Of a stretch of 64,000 nucleotides of DNA, positions 1 through 13,300 are shown in pieces. The notes under the pieces were generated by a model. The model had not been told where the DNA came from. It worked only from the letters and a program-made list of their open reading frames with translations, and searched no databases. Source of the DNA: Phoronis australis (lineage: Eukaryota > Animalia > Phoronida); assembly GCA_002633005.1 (NCBI GenBank), contig NMRA01000159.1:404591-468590 (forward strand). Direction: 5' to 3'. The stretch's first letter is position 1. Each line of letters starts with the position of its first letter. Position numbers and translations under genes: made by a program.

Positions 1-1297
1 GTTGCACACTTTAAAACCAATTCCTAACAGCCTTTTGGAGAATACTGCACAAAGCACATTACACGTGCCACAAGTGCCTCGTGTTTCCACGCTTTGGTCC
101 AGGATCGGGTAATATTGTGTATATTTTTAGCAACACCTGGCGTGCGTTCAGTAGACGATAGGACATACGTTAGGACCTAGCTAAAACCTAGTCAAAGTCA
201 CGTGTTCTCATTTAAAATACACCACAATAACTCACGTAATCTCGCGAAGTCTTGCTTTCTAGCGTTACTGAACGGGAGGCTGATTTGGTGGAATTATTAG
301 CTTGATTGTCATATCCGTTCTGGCATGGTTTGAAATGATACTCCTCAGCCTAAAGCGACTGCCACAAAAATATGTGATATGAGCCCTACCAAATCGTTCT
401 TTTGTTGCTGGGTTTCGTTTCTGCGGAGTGTATTGCTGATTCGCTGTCTCAACCGAGATCGTTAAACCGGAAGACGTTGGGTGTTTGTTAGCAGGTTTTA
501 AACGCTTATCCCAGAAATACATAATTGTCCGTTGTCAACCACTATCACCCACTTTGCGTTTCACTTTTGTCACAAGTTTTTTGCAGTCTGGACAGACCTT
601 GCAATTTTATCCGTATGACGAATTTCTTGTTGTTCATACTTACGGGTATATTGGGTTAAACTCGTCTTATTACAGAACTTTCAGATTGATATTCACCGCG
701 ACGCCAACTTGTCTTCGAAGCTTGTTCGAAATCCTGACAATGTTGCGTGAGGTTAACTCATGCACATAAGAAATGTTACTCCGGCGTGCATCTATTCGGG
801 TGTTAGCGACTTGGGTTTTTCTGGTTCTCCAACTGATCAATTATCCAACATTTTGATGGTTTCCAAGGAGTAAGTGAAAAATTACGTCACAGGTCTCTAT
901 CTTCCCGGCTTTCAGAATATGAATGCAAGTTAACTGCGCGGTTTTCCTAGATAACACGCGGGACTAGCGTTCATTTTTCCTGAATTTTTGTTTATTATTC
1001 ACGCGTAAATATAATGCATATTTATCATGAAATAGGCATCAATTGGCGCTTGGTCAAGGATTGGTGCCATCTAGGCCTGTTTGTTCACACATTGCAGTAG
1101 GCTCCGACGGCCGGCCTTTGAACTGGCTGACAAGGAGTTAGTTGGAATCTATTAGCCATGTGAGTACAATCAGACGTGCGTGTTGCTCTTTACAGTCCCT
1201 TGAAAATTTATATTTCAAAAATTTACTGCCACATTCACATAACATTACGCTTCTGCACTTTCCTCTTAATATTTCTATTTACGTTTTTGTCACTAAG

Positions 1298-1351
1298 GTG
1301 AGCATCAACCGTGCCCCCCTCCGATGGCCGGATTTACACCCAACTGCACAC
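1298..1351 (+). CDS. VWDE-like exon (GEHQPCPPPMAGFTPNCT)
   Basis: ctaag|GT...C|gtgagt; phase 1 at both ends, joins 2615 in frame. Confidence 0.7.
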
Positions 1352-4300
1352 GTGAGTACATGAACATAAGAGTGCCAGGAGAGACATTATCCTTAAAGTC
1401 CTTGTCTAGTTTAATCCGTACCTTCATTTGTCGATATCCCCGCCCCAGCCACAACCCGTTCATACGTTCACGCAGCCTCAGAACCAATCTAGCTATTTTT
1501 CGTAAATAGCTTCTGACAATAAGACGAAACACTGTTCACGGTGTTTTGAAATTACACCAATGTTGTCACCGCATTTGTATAAGTAGCAGACTACGGCTTT
1601 CACTTCAGCCTCCTCCGGGGCATGTTTCGCAAAGAGATTACTAGCCCTGGTATTTGGTCTTTCGATAAATGTTGACTTTTTGTCTTTTTCGTTTCTCGAA
1701 AGCTTTACCTTCTGTTTAAAGAGAAGACTGTGAATGTCCTATTTTTGACTTTGAGCTGTAGACAGACTTTCTGACTTCGAGCCTTACCTTGTTTTCGTTA
1801 AAGAGGCTGAAAGTCGAAAGAGAAAATCCAATAGATTGTTTGAGAAACTGCTCCCTGGCGTTATAGCTTTAGTAATACAAAAAAAATTGATGTCATCAGA
1901 TTTCTTTATAATGAGAGCACCAATCAAATAGACTGTGCCTCCAATCACCCTTGGTTTTGGAGTTATCTCCCAATAATTAACAAAGGGGCTAAGCGCACCT
2001 TTAACGTCGACATAATACACCCTTCTTCCCGCAATTTTCCTACAAACGCTTTATTACCAAAAATGCCACGTGTTAGCTTCCAACTCATTACTTCCATAAT
2101 ATGAATTTGTCTCATTAAGTTGATACATGAAAACGATAACGTCATCGATTGTGGAAACTTTGAAACTTCCCCAAACCTATTGTATTGTTCACTGATTTAA
2201 AGGGATATTAAATCAGGTTTTGGCGTATAGTAGCAGATATTAACAATGAATTTCCAAATCATCTCTCCTCATTTTTTCTGTAACCTCTGTCAACCCTGAA
2301 AAGTTTGAAGCGAATTCAAAAACTCCATACAAATTCTGCTAACTTGCCGATCGTGACCTAAGCTTTAGGCGAGACACAAAATCAAGTGAGAAAAGTATAC
2401 ACCAAAGACCATAATATCCATTCTGTGGCGCAGTGAATAAGTCTTTTTAGTTGAATTTTACCTTTATCACACAAATGAGGCGCCAGTGGTGCTTTAGCAC
2501 GAGAAAGAGCGAGGATTGGTTAAAATTGCCAAAACCAGCTTAGTATCCTGTCAGATTTTCGATCGATGACAATAGTGTACTGCACTTCACCGTGCATAAA
2601 CGTTAAATTGACAGCTGCTCCCGTCGAGCTGCCGATTGATCCGCCGCTATCGCTAAAGAATGAGGACGACGCCATTTTGTCTGACATACGGTTTGGTTGC
2701 TCTATGACGTTACCATCAACGATAGACCAAAAGCTTAGACTACAAGTGCAGTGGTTGGCTAATGGTGTGCAAATTGACGAACAGGAGTCGTCTGGTTCCG
2801 TAAGTGGGCAAACGGAATTTCTACTCCGTGAATGGAAGCTCACCTACATTGACAACCACGGAAGAAACGTTTCGCATTTTGGGAAGCTTGTAAGTTCAGT
2901 AAATATTGGTAATGCAAAGTTATGAGATTTCCTACTGAGATCCATTAAAGAGCTTTTTTATCTTTAAATATTACAAAAAATGTTTAACCTTACTGCAAAT
3001 GCTTCATGAATATTCAACTATTATATAAAAAGTTCAAATGTCAACACCAGTTGCTACATAAGGTGCTGTTTCATTGTGATGGTCGTAAAGTTTGCAGCGT
3101 ACCCAAGCACACCAGGCAAACAAAATGTCGAAGAATTTCCGAATTGCTCTCCTGTTCTTGTTGACAAAAATTAATCTACAATGTAGTAACGCCCGACTAC
3201 GTGGGCTCCAAATTTGACCTCAAAGTTACATTTCTTTTCACTTATCGAGAGGACCCAATATATTCTTTCGTGTATCATGCTTGCATCGAAATTTGAAATT
3301 TTATTAATGAAAGTTACCATTTATTTTGTTACATTTTTTCCAGCTCACCTGCAGAATGCGGTCATTCTTTACTCATGGAACCTACAGCCAGTGGAGAGTG
3401 AGTCGCGAGAGCAAGTTCTTGGGAATTAAGGTAACGCATATCATGCCTGAGGCGCCTCCAATAAGAATGATTGTATCATGCCTGTCTTTCGTGGTTACGT
3501 TAGTCTTCGCAAGATTTCACTATGTACATGTACCTTAAGTGAATCAAGACACTGTCTGTTGTTACTGGACACGCTCCTGTGTATCCACACATTCGAACGC
3601 GATCGGGGATGTGAACGATTGAAAAATGAGGGCCCAGCAATGGAAAAATCTAAATTAGTGATACCTTTGAATTGAGTTTATCCAGAGCTGTTTTCTATAG
3701 ACTGAAGACACTTAAATGCACTTGCAGGCAAAATCTTTTATTGAACATCTACAACGAGTGTCCCATGATTCAGAATTATAAGTACTCTGACCAATCATTT
3801 CAGCGTCCACCATTTTGCTGGGATCTGTACAATAGTACATGTAAGATTCCGATCATACTTGAGAATCACGTACATGTACCTCACACTCGCAAAATTTTGC
3901 GTGGTTTTGCCTGATCTTGCTTTTAGGCGAGTTTCTTAAGTCTAAGGAACGATACCCTGATCACGCAGGACTGTTAACCTGCAAACGTTTCCGTGATGTT
4001 TAAAACTGCCATAAACCCAATTTTGTCGACAAAATACAATTTTGATTTAGGTTCCTCATCGCTATGAAATTGGTCTCAACTTTTGTCTCAGTCAAAAGGG
4101 TGTGATTTTCTGGGTTTGAAAATAACTGACGGCTCATTATTGCACAAGTGGTTAAATCACGGCCACATTGCAAGCCTTCTTTCCATCATCAAACTCAGCT
4201 TTTAAATTGGGGTCTGGATCAAAAACTCGTTTTTTGTAGGGAAACTGTTCTTTAAAACCAAAATTATTTCAGATTCTAAAATTATTAAAACTATTTTTAA

Positions 4301-7300
4301 AATCTGAAAGAATTGTGGTAGCGATAACCTTCATTATTATAATGGCAATATTAGAATATCAATGTCTACATTTGGTATGGTGTTGGTATCTTGAAAGTCT
4401 TCTAATGCTGCGCACTTCACCAAAATTATTTTGTCATGTCATTAATTAGCCACCGACTTGCTCTAGCTACTGCACGTGCTTCGCGTGCCATTTCAGATCC
4501 TCAACTATGGAAGCACAAGAGTTGACTTGGACGAAGGCGAAGAGCTGGAACTTCAACTTCAGCTGCAAGTGCCGTACTTAGGCGGCATGCCGTTGACAAT
4601 AGAAGTTGCTGTGCCTCATGATGCTCTAGACGGCACCCACTGCGCCACGGGGGAGCCTATACCTCAGCTAGCCGCCGACACGTGTGGCTTGTCGGTAGCG
4701 AGGTCGCAATGGAAAAACATTCACAGACTCAAAGTGAAAGCTACAGTGGACAACAAAAAAGAAACTGTAGGTTATGGCATATTGTAAACCATTCTGGTTC
4801 CTTTAGGCAACCAATGTCGTTACGCTTCTATGAGTGCGTAAGACACTACCTAATCATGCACTTGTACCCGTGGCCGGAGTTGTCGTTACCAGTAGGTGTT
4901 GCATTATCACTGCACAGTTGTCAGTAGCCTCCTCAAAACGTGTCTTGTTTCTGGAAACTGTTAGAACCACACGAAAGTTCGAGAAGCCTGATAATGTATT
5001 GGTTATTCAAACGCTGTACGGCATGTCTTGACTGGAATCGGATCTTGCACTGAAATTCACACAATTTGAAAGCAACGGTGAAGAATGCTACCGGAATGCA
5101 TTCATGCTTCATATGGAGTTGCGAAGTCGCTTTTCTTAGTTATGCAAGAAAACATCCTGTTGAGCCATAGCCGCTTCATCTTTGCGTTTCTACTCGAACC
5201 GATCTCTCATAATGAAGGAAATTCCAAAGCACCTTCCTTTAAAAAGCATCTTGTTTAATCATTGATGAATGCCCCGTTTTAAGATGAGCAATGGAGATCA
5301 TGTTGTCGCCTCTTTCCAGATTGCTCAGGCGTTGAGACGGATAAATCTGCGGACGCCTTTGATGGTGTGGTCGCATCTCATTTGGAACAACTACTCACTA
5401 CCGGAAATAGAAGTAGGCCACCAAATAGTGGACATTATAATGTTGTTATTTATTTAGAGTTAGGACCAGCTCAAGGTGTATCTTTTCTGTACTAAGAATT
5501 AAACTTAGTCTTTCGTACATACACACGATATTTGACTAATCGCGTGGCAGCAAACTGTGTGCATTTACTGTTTGTGTGCGAGTCTCGGGTAAAATCTCGA
5601 GAGCTCTGTCTCAGCTGCCACTATCCAAAATATCGTACTTGCTGAAGACATGGGCAGATCTTGACCACCTTCAGCCAAGTGTACCAGTACGACTTCGACG
5701 AGACATTTTACCAATTAAACATTAAATACATGTACTATGCTACCAAGGTTCAATAAGGTGGTAGAGCCCCTTTACGCCTACTATCGATATCATTTGTGTT
5801 TTGAAATTGTATGGTTTAGTTCTCCTAATATGTTCATTTGCCTCATTTAGATTGGAGTGAAGGACAAAGACAACCGAAGGATTCCAATGTGCCGATCCAC
5901 AAACGATCCACACATGACCACTTTCGATGGAGTGTAAGTACAGGTAGCCAGCGATGCTTTTGGGCTAACCGTGACAGTTTTGTCAGCATTGATATATCAT
6001 ATGGTAGCTGAACATAAGTGCAAAAGTATTTGTCGTTCCTTCAGGCGTCACGTAGTATTTCGTTGATTTCTTGATTGGCGTCATACATTGGGTATTTTTC
6101 CTTTACAGATCCTACGAACACCATCTCGAGGGATACTTTGTGCTTTATCGACACAAGACATATCCATTTGAGGTAGTGTGTGATATACACTGTACCAATA
6201 GCTCTTCATCTCTCAAATACAGCACTTAATAATAATTATTTAAAATTTCTTCTGTGCCTGTAATCTCGAATTTTCTCAATGAACCGAATTTTTGTTTTAG
6301 GCAATGAAATTGGTCTCAAAATGTCCTCTAGTCAGATGAGTAGCGTATCTGGGTATGCAAAGAGCCTGAGATTAAGCTCCGCCCAAAAAATTACACGCCG
6401 TGATAAGTCAACTTGTAGAGCCGGATGTCAAACAATAAAATACAGCTAGTTATGTCGCAGTCCTGAAATGAACCCCAATTTGGCTAAGGAATAATTGGAA
6501 ACCAATTTCATAACGTCAAATGGCCTACCTTTGTTATTGTTTTTGGTTTGGATGGTGGGCTCATAGACGCTTTAATTCTTTCTCTCCCACTTAAACCCAA
6601 AATCAGGCTGACAAGTAGAAAGTGGTTAGGTTAGATTCCTCAAAAATGTTTCATTATACGAAATCTGACTTCTTCATTAGCATGATAGAAACTGTGACGT
6701 CATCTCGGTAGCTATTACATCTACGTTGGTCGTATGATTCTTCAACGATGTCGCTGTTGGCGTATCTTAACGGGCTGAGAACTGCTCTGCGTCTTGTGAA
6801 TAAACAACTAGAAATTTGCAGAAATTACTGTGTGAAATTAGATTGATACGGCTTATTCGATTCTTAACCGTCATGCACATGTTCATGTTCAGTGATGGAA
6901 GTCTAGGGTAATGACATGGCACGAAAAAATTACCGCAAACCTCGAATGGTGTTTTGGGACGTTTGCACAGTTGCATAAAGCCGAATTTCACAGCGTGCAA
7001 GACTGCATCGTCCCATCTTATTATACAAAGACTATGCATAATTGGCTCAACCACCTATGTCATTTTTCTCGTTGTCTTCTTTCACAAACTAGGTCCATGC
7101 ACATTACAAGCCTTGCAACAAAGGACGCTTCCCAATGTGCAATTGCGCTGTAGGTATCCTTTCCGCTAATGATGTCATCGTGTTTGACAAATGTGGTCGG
7201 GGAACAATTGACGTCACTTCCTGGGAACTTGGACGCAACAGAATGCGAGTAGCTGTGCGAAGCGCTGGACTTAACAGGGGAACTCGGATACTCAGGGAAA

Positions 7301-10300
7301 ATGGTGGAAAAAAATACAGGGTAAGATGAAAATGGAAAACAAGTCCAAGAAACAGTTAATTAAATACTGTTAATATAACGATTTATTTTTGTGCATAAAC
7401 TTTTATGGCCAAATCGCTTTAGGAAACCAGATAAATGTTGGAGTTTCAAATCGCAAGACTCGGGATTTTTTTTTCAAAATGTATGGGGTGAGCTCTAGGA
7501 AAACCCGTTTTCCATGTAGCTTTCGGACGCTAATAATTGATGAAAATTCTCCATGATTCACCTGTCAGTGTTTGTTTATTAGTAAAAACTGCTTTTCTTG
7601 TACTTAGCTCAGACAGGCACACAACAGATGACATTGGGCTCAGTAGATTTACTGGTGTTGAAGCGTCCCTTGGTAAATGGATGCGGTGTTGTCATATTGA
7701 TACTGGTTAAGTACGTCATGCCATGTGTGGCCAAAGCCACATGTACATGAGTTAAGCGACTAGAAATGTTAGACATTGTCCTTTAAGCTTTTCCAGTGTT
7801 GTGCTTGGTTTTGTGTTCCTAGGTTCAATTACCAACAGGTGGCGAGGTTATCGTGGACGATTCCTATAGCACGTTTATCAATCTTTATGTTGTGGCTTCG
7901 GTCATGGACAGGGGCGAAAGTGAAGGTTTGTGCAGTTCGTTCGATGAAAACTGCGCAAACGACCTCATCCCACGCCACCAAACTTTGCTTCCTCCTGGTT
8001 ACAGCACCAACTGCGGCCGAGCAGGCACGCGATATCCTCTGGCATTTTCTGAAAGTTGGCGGTACGATATTCTTCTATCAGGCATACAGTGACTGTTCAT
8101 GGGCTTATGAATATTGGAATCATTCAACGGAATTTAAATTGTTAAAAGGAGTATAAGTTCTAGGAAATGGGAACTAAGACTGCACATTTCTCACGCGTAT
8201 TATACAAAACTCAGTTTTGCTGCTAGAGTACTGAAATACAGTGTACCAGTCCGCCGAGGACTGCAAAAGTCAAAGACGTCAAGTAAAACACCACCACGAT
8301 ATTCATGCACTGATTTCAAGTATTCATTACAGTGGCAGATCTAGGATATCACAAAGGGGGGGCAATATTTTGTCTGTAAACATTTGCTCAAACCATGATT
8401 GTAGATGCGCATGTAGATAGGGGGAGGAAATTTTTCTGTTTTTTCCTCTAAAAATCAAGCGTTTTCCTGTATTCCCGAAGTATTATCCAAGAAAAAAAGG
8501 CAAAAAATAAAAACGCGAAGAAAGTGTCAAATAGGAAAAACTGCTTGTATCACAGACTCGAACTCACGACTGGCGTTTAGAGCGCGCGTACTTAACCACT
8601 CCACCACCACGACTTAACTCATAATTTGTTACCGTCCACTTGTTTATGGTCCACAGCGTTTGCGCGTGAAACCTCCTTTTTTCGTAATGCTTATTACATG
8701 TTTTATATTTTGTGAATCAGTTCGTAACAAATTTGTTGTATTTAAAATAGTCTTCGATTGCCCAAAAGACCAAATCCGTTTTTTTCTGTTGGCAAAAATG
8801 ACGCGAGTGATTCAATAAGGCTTCGATTAAAATTGACATCTTACTAGAAGCTTCTGTTTTTTCATCATCACTCAGATTCCGTTTTCTTTAAAAAATGAAG
8901 CAATTTTCTTCATTGCACAGTGGAGCAGACGACGGAAACGGAGTCGTAGTGCCCAGCGCCACTGCCGGTTGCCTGGGATATCGCCGGATAGCCTATACTT
9001 ATCCATAGTTCCGATACGATTGCACCGTGTTCCGAATTTGACACTTGAAATTGGATCTGAGTCCCCCTCCCCCTAAAACTGCACATTTAAATCTTGTTTC
9101 AGCCGTGTAATTTTAATTACCGGGGTTAATTAATAAACTCAACATTTCCCTACGCTCTTGCTGTTTTATTGTTTGCGGCAGCCAAGGGGGGTGGGGCCTG
9201 CCCCCCTAAATCCGCCTATGCATTACTCGCTATTTGCTAGTCCCCACCGAGCATAATCTAAACGTCGGTTTCTTTAATCGCTAGAACAGGAACTGTAAGT
9301 TTTTCGTACCACTAAATACTCGACTGTAGGACATAGCTGCCCATTTAGCGTTCCGATATAATTCATACGAAATTAACAGGGTTTCAGAAGGTATATTCGA
9401 CTTCGTATCCTAAGAGTTGAATGGAATTCTGCAAACACTGAAACTTCTATCGGGTAGTTTGATTAAAACCAGGAAGCCGACTTTGAACATGGTGATGTTT
9501 GTAGCTCAGTACCAACGGAACGTTACTACATTGCCGTGTCAAAATGATTTGCACTGTGTTTTTGCTTCCTATAGAATTAACGAAACCGAAAGTTTGTTAC
9601 ACTGGAATTGGAACTTTGAAGACGACCGCCAATCTTCGTACGACGGCCACGTGTACTGCACATGCGCTGAAGACGACCAGTCCCTCTCTTGCGTTGCCGG
9701 AGGCGACGCGCCGAAGTGTAAACCGCGATATGGGCAAAAGGATGAGACGAATCGGCTCCTTGGAAACGCGCGCCGTCGGAGAAACCTAGCACGCCATGAC
9801 CACTTCGACTTTTTAGACTACGACGAGACTGAATACATGACGGTCACGAAAACCACCAAGAACAAGGTAAGGACTGTGAAAAAGTGTATTTTATTGCGTC
9901 TGCACAAACGTCAAGGTCAAAGGATGGAAAAACTGGTATGTCGCACTTATGGGCACAATTCCTCATTTATAAACACGGATCCGGTAAACTTAGTTCACTG
10001 GATCATTAACGGCTCACCGACCACCAGACTCGGTGCCGGACTCGCCATGCCAACTTTACGAAACCAAAAACCAGCTCCCGATTCGCAATAACGACTCCAT
10101 GACACTGAGATGGAGTCGGTGAACGTATGTGTTGTGAGAACAGCAATGTGTGTTGGGGCGGGACAGTCGTTTTTGTGTGTCTGGGCACAAGATTGTGAGT
10201 CGGTGGTCTCACTTTAGTACGACACCCATGAGCCATGTTTTTGAACAAGAGACTGTATCCATGAGTACGGTATCCCTGTTGTTTCCATCCCTGTTGTTTG

Positions 10301-13300
10301 TACCCTTGTCCATATGTACATACATGTACTACGGGTCCCGATGTCCAGTTTTACTTGATCTCTTTCGGCGGCGAGTATTAAGTTGACCTCGACAACTGTT
10401 GGGCTATACTTACGATACCCCTTACAGAAAGTTTAATACTGGATTTGATCACCCGTTCAAACAATGAGCTTTTGTGTTTGAGAAGTGTAAGTTGAAATCA
10501 TTACATGGTAGTGTACAGCTGAAATACTTTGATTGCAGGAAGTCTCGCTCGATGTTACATGCAATTGTTTTCAGCGAAATGAAGAAATGCAACTGAATTG
10601 CAAGAAATAATTTTCACTTATATTTACAAGAGGCCAATTCTGTAAGAAGGGTTGTGATGTTTTGTCATAATTAGAAACGCAATAGACGAACAACTCGAAC
10701 GTTTAGCGAAGAAGAAGCTCTGCGGTACTGCGACAACTACGTTCGGTCGACCAATGTAGCGTTACAGTGCGGGGCGTTGGACATAGACTTCACGGAACCT
10801 ATTGAATCGTGTGCTCTGGATTTGGTGGTAAGTTGTGAAGATGTCACCGCAGTTCGAATGTGCAAAATATTGCCGTACAAAGCGTTTAATCAGTGACTTT
10901 TGTTTCTTAACGTTATACAACAAGTGAAGCACGAATTTTCTAGTTCATATTGTACAGAAAAAAGCTTATTTTGGTTCTGATACGTGCCCATGACATAACT
11001 TTGGAGCTACACAAACGAAGAATAAAAAACACCCGCGTCTCTTCTTGAAAAACAAAATCTTGGTTAAAATCTTGATTACAAAAGCTCAGCTATGAATAAT
11101 CATCTTAAAATTAATGAATATATTGGGAAGGTTTTCTTCATAAGGGAGAGTGAGAAAATGTGAATCCCACTCCTCTGCAGGCAGCAGCACAGCCAATTGT
11201 GACACTGCATATGCGAAAGTTGTTTCAGATGAGTAAAACAAGAGAAAATTTAGGTACCCGGTATTAGGACTTTCTGAACTTAACAATTCTTTTCTGAGTA
11301 AAACATTACTTTCAATGGGACTGCCTCGGCTGATGTAACGATTGAGATGACTGAGACCCAGCACAAACTGCAGGATCTTATTCCCCGTCGTCCTTCTGTG
11401 CAGGCAACTGGCGACACACAGTGGGCAGTAACGGCACTAGACACTGTTAAACACGAGTGTCTTGCTGAAGTTGACAGAAATACCTCGCTGTGGGTGCAAA
11501 CACCGACGGCCAATGTGACAGTTCCTCCAGTGGCAATAGAGGGCGCGATATGCTATAACGAATGCAGCGGCAACGGGATATGCGACAAAGGTAGGCCAAT
11601 CTAGCTTGCATACAGCCATGCTTACAAAACTTTAAATTTTGAAACCATAAGGTGTCCGAACCCTCTCTCCTCCCCCCGGAAAAACGCCACCTTCTTACAG
11701 TTTCCCACCAGATCTTAAGAACCCTTGTTGTTTTCTAAATTTTTAAGGTTGTGGGTAAGTAAAAAGTGCTCCAAGATGTTAAGGGTACGGTTTAGCAGAA
11801 AATCGCTTTGTTTTGAGATTTCTGGAGACCTGGGACATGAATGGTTTCTACTATAACACCAGTCATTTTAGTGTCTCAATTGTAGCTTGTCATTGTCTAT
11901 CTTTAACACTGATTTGCAGGCGAGTGTAGCTGTCACCAAGGATACGCTGCGCCCGACTGCTCAGTTGACTTGAATTCCCCACCAGATGTATACTTCACAC
12001 CTCGTTGTGACGTCAGCACAAGGCCGTGTCTCACCAATCCCGTGATCGGAAACGACTTCCTAGAGGGAGATAGTTTGACCTGCCACATAAAGGAAGTCGG
12101 TGTAAGCATGCCATTTAGTTGAATTGAAAATGTGGTGTTTGGGCTTGAGACAGTACTCGGATCGTTATTGCGTGTCACCAACCTCAATAAATTGACTTAT
12201 GACGACCGGTCATTGCTCTACGCGCAAGGTCGCAAGTATCACCAAGCTGCCAGTTATTTCGTAGAACCGAGACCATTTTAATTCGCGCAAGTCATACTAG
12301 TTTTGTTGCCGAATACCTGTAATACCTGTAATACCTGTCACGGACAGGATCATTGGGGATATGCTGGTGCATTAATCCCCTCCCCAGACCATCCCCGTGA
12401 CAGCAGAAGGCGCAGAACTCCAGGGCTGACGTTGCCTGTAAGCATTTGATTAGACAGCACTCGGGCACGGCCCTTCTTGTGACTCTTCGCAGCATGGCCA
12501 TAAATAATACCGGCTTCGAGCAGGCGGCTGCCATCATTGAACTCAGCCAGCTGGGATGCAGTCTGCTCGTGGTTGCGTTTGCGAGCCAGCAGCTTAACGT
12601 CAGCCGAATATAAGTAGAGGGGTTGGTTGGTGGTGCATGAGCCAGCGAGGTAATCTGCACGCTCATTAATCAAGACACCGGCGTGGCCAGGTACGAAAGA
12701 CCAGATCACCACATGATGAGGGTGGCGTGATCGGAAGACACCCCAGTTGGCTGGGAGGTTTCCAGATTGAACTTTCATCAACACTGCCATGGAATCGGTG
12801 GCAAAGATAATGGTGTGATTCTCCAGGTCTAGGAGTGACAGCTTGGTTAGGGCTCGTTGTATAGCCTCAAACTCCATCCGCGTACTGCTTGTGGATATAT
12901 GGTGGCAGCCACTACCTTCCGCAATGACGTTGTTAGCACAGCGTATTTGATAGCCCCATCCCGCACGATTAGTTTCACCATCGAAGGATCCATCAGTTGC
13001 TACAATGATGGCATTAATACCGCCAAGATCACGCCATTGCTGACGGCACAATGCTTGGGCTACTCCAGGAGGCCATTCCCGAGCTTCCCTGTTGAAAGCA
13101 ATGATGACATTCGGTTCCTCACCAAGTTCTTGTACTGGCAGCCAAGCAGCAACTTGCGCGATCATGTGTTCGCCGATGAGACCCATGGTTGCGTTAACAG
13201 CAGCGACAGTCCACGAGCACCTGCTAAGTCTTTGGTGGGAGGCATTGCGAAAAGGTCTAGGACGAAGTCCATAAGTTTCTGTTGCAGGGACGGAGTTCAC

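Noticed and set aside
1560-2005. Possible decayed transposase fragment with a ttaaagg end (minus strand)
   Set aside because: Similarity is too weak and interrupted, and no matching second terminus was found
9867-10091. C-terminal part of the 224-aa ORF 9417-10091
   Set aside because: Only 9575-9866 is flanked by splice sites and VWDE-like; the rest is intron read-through
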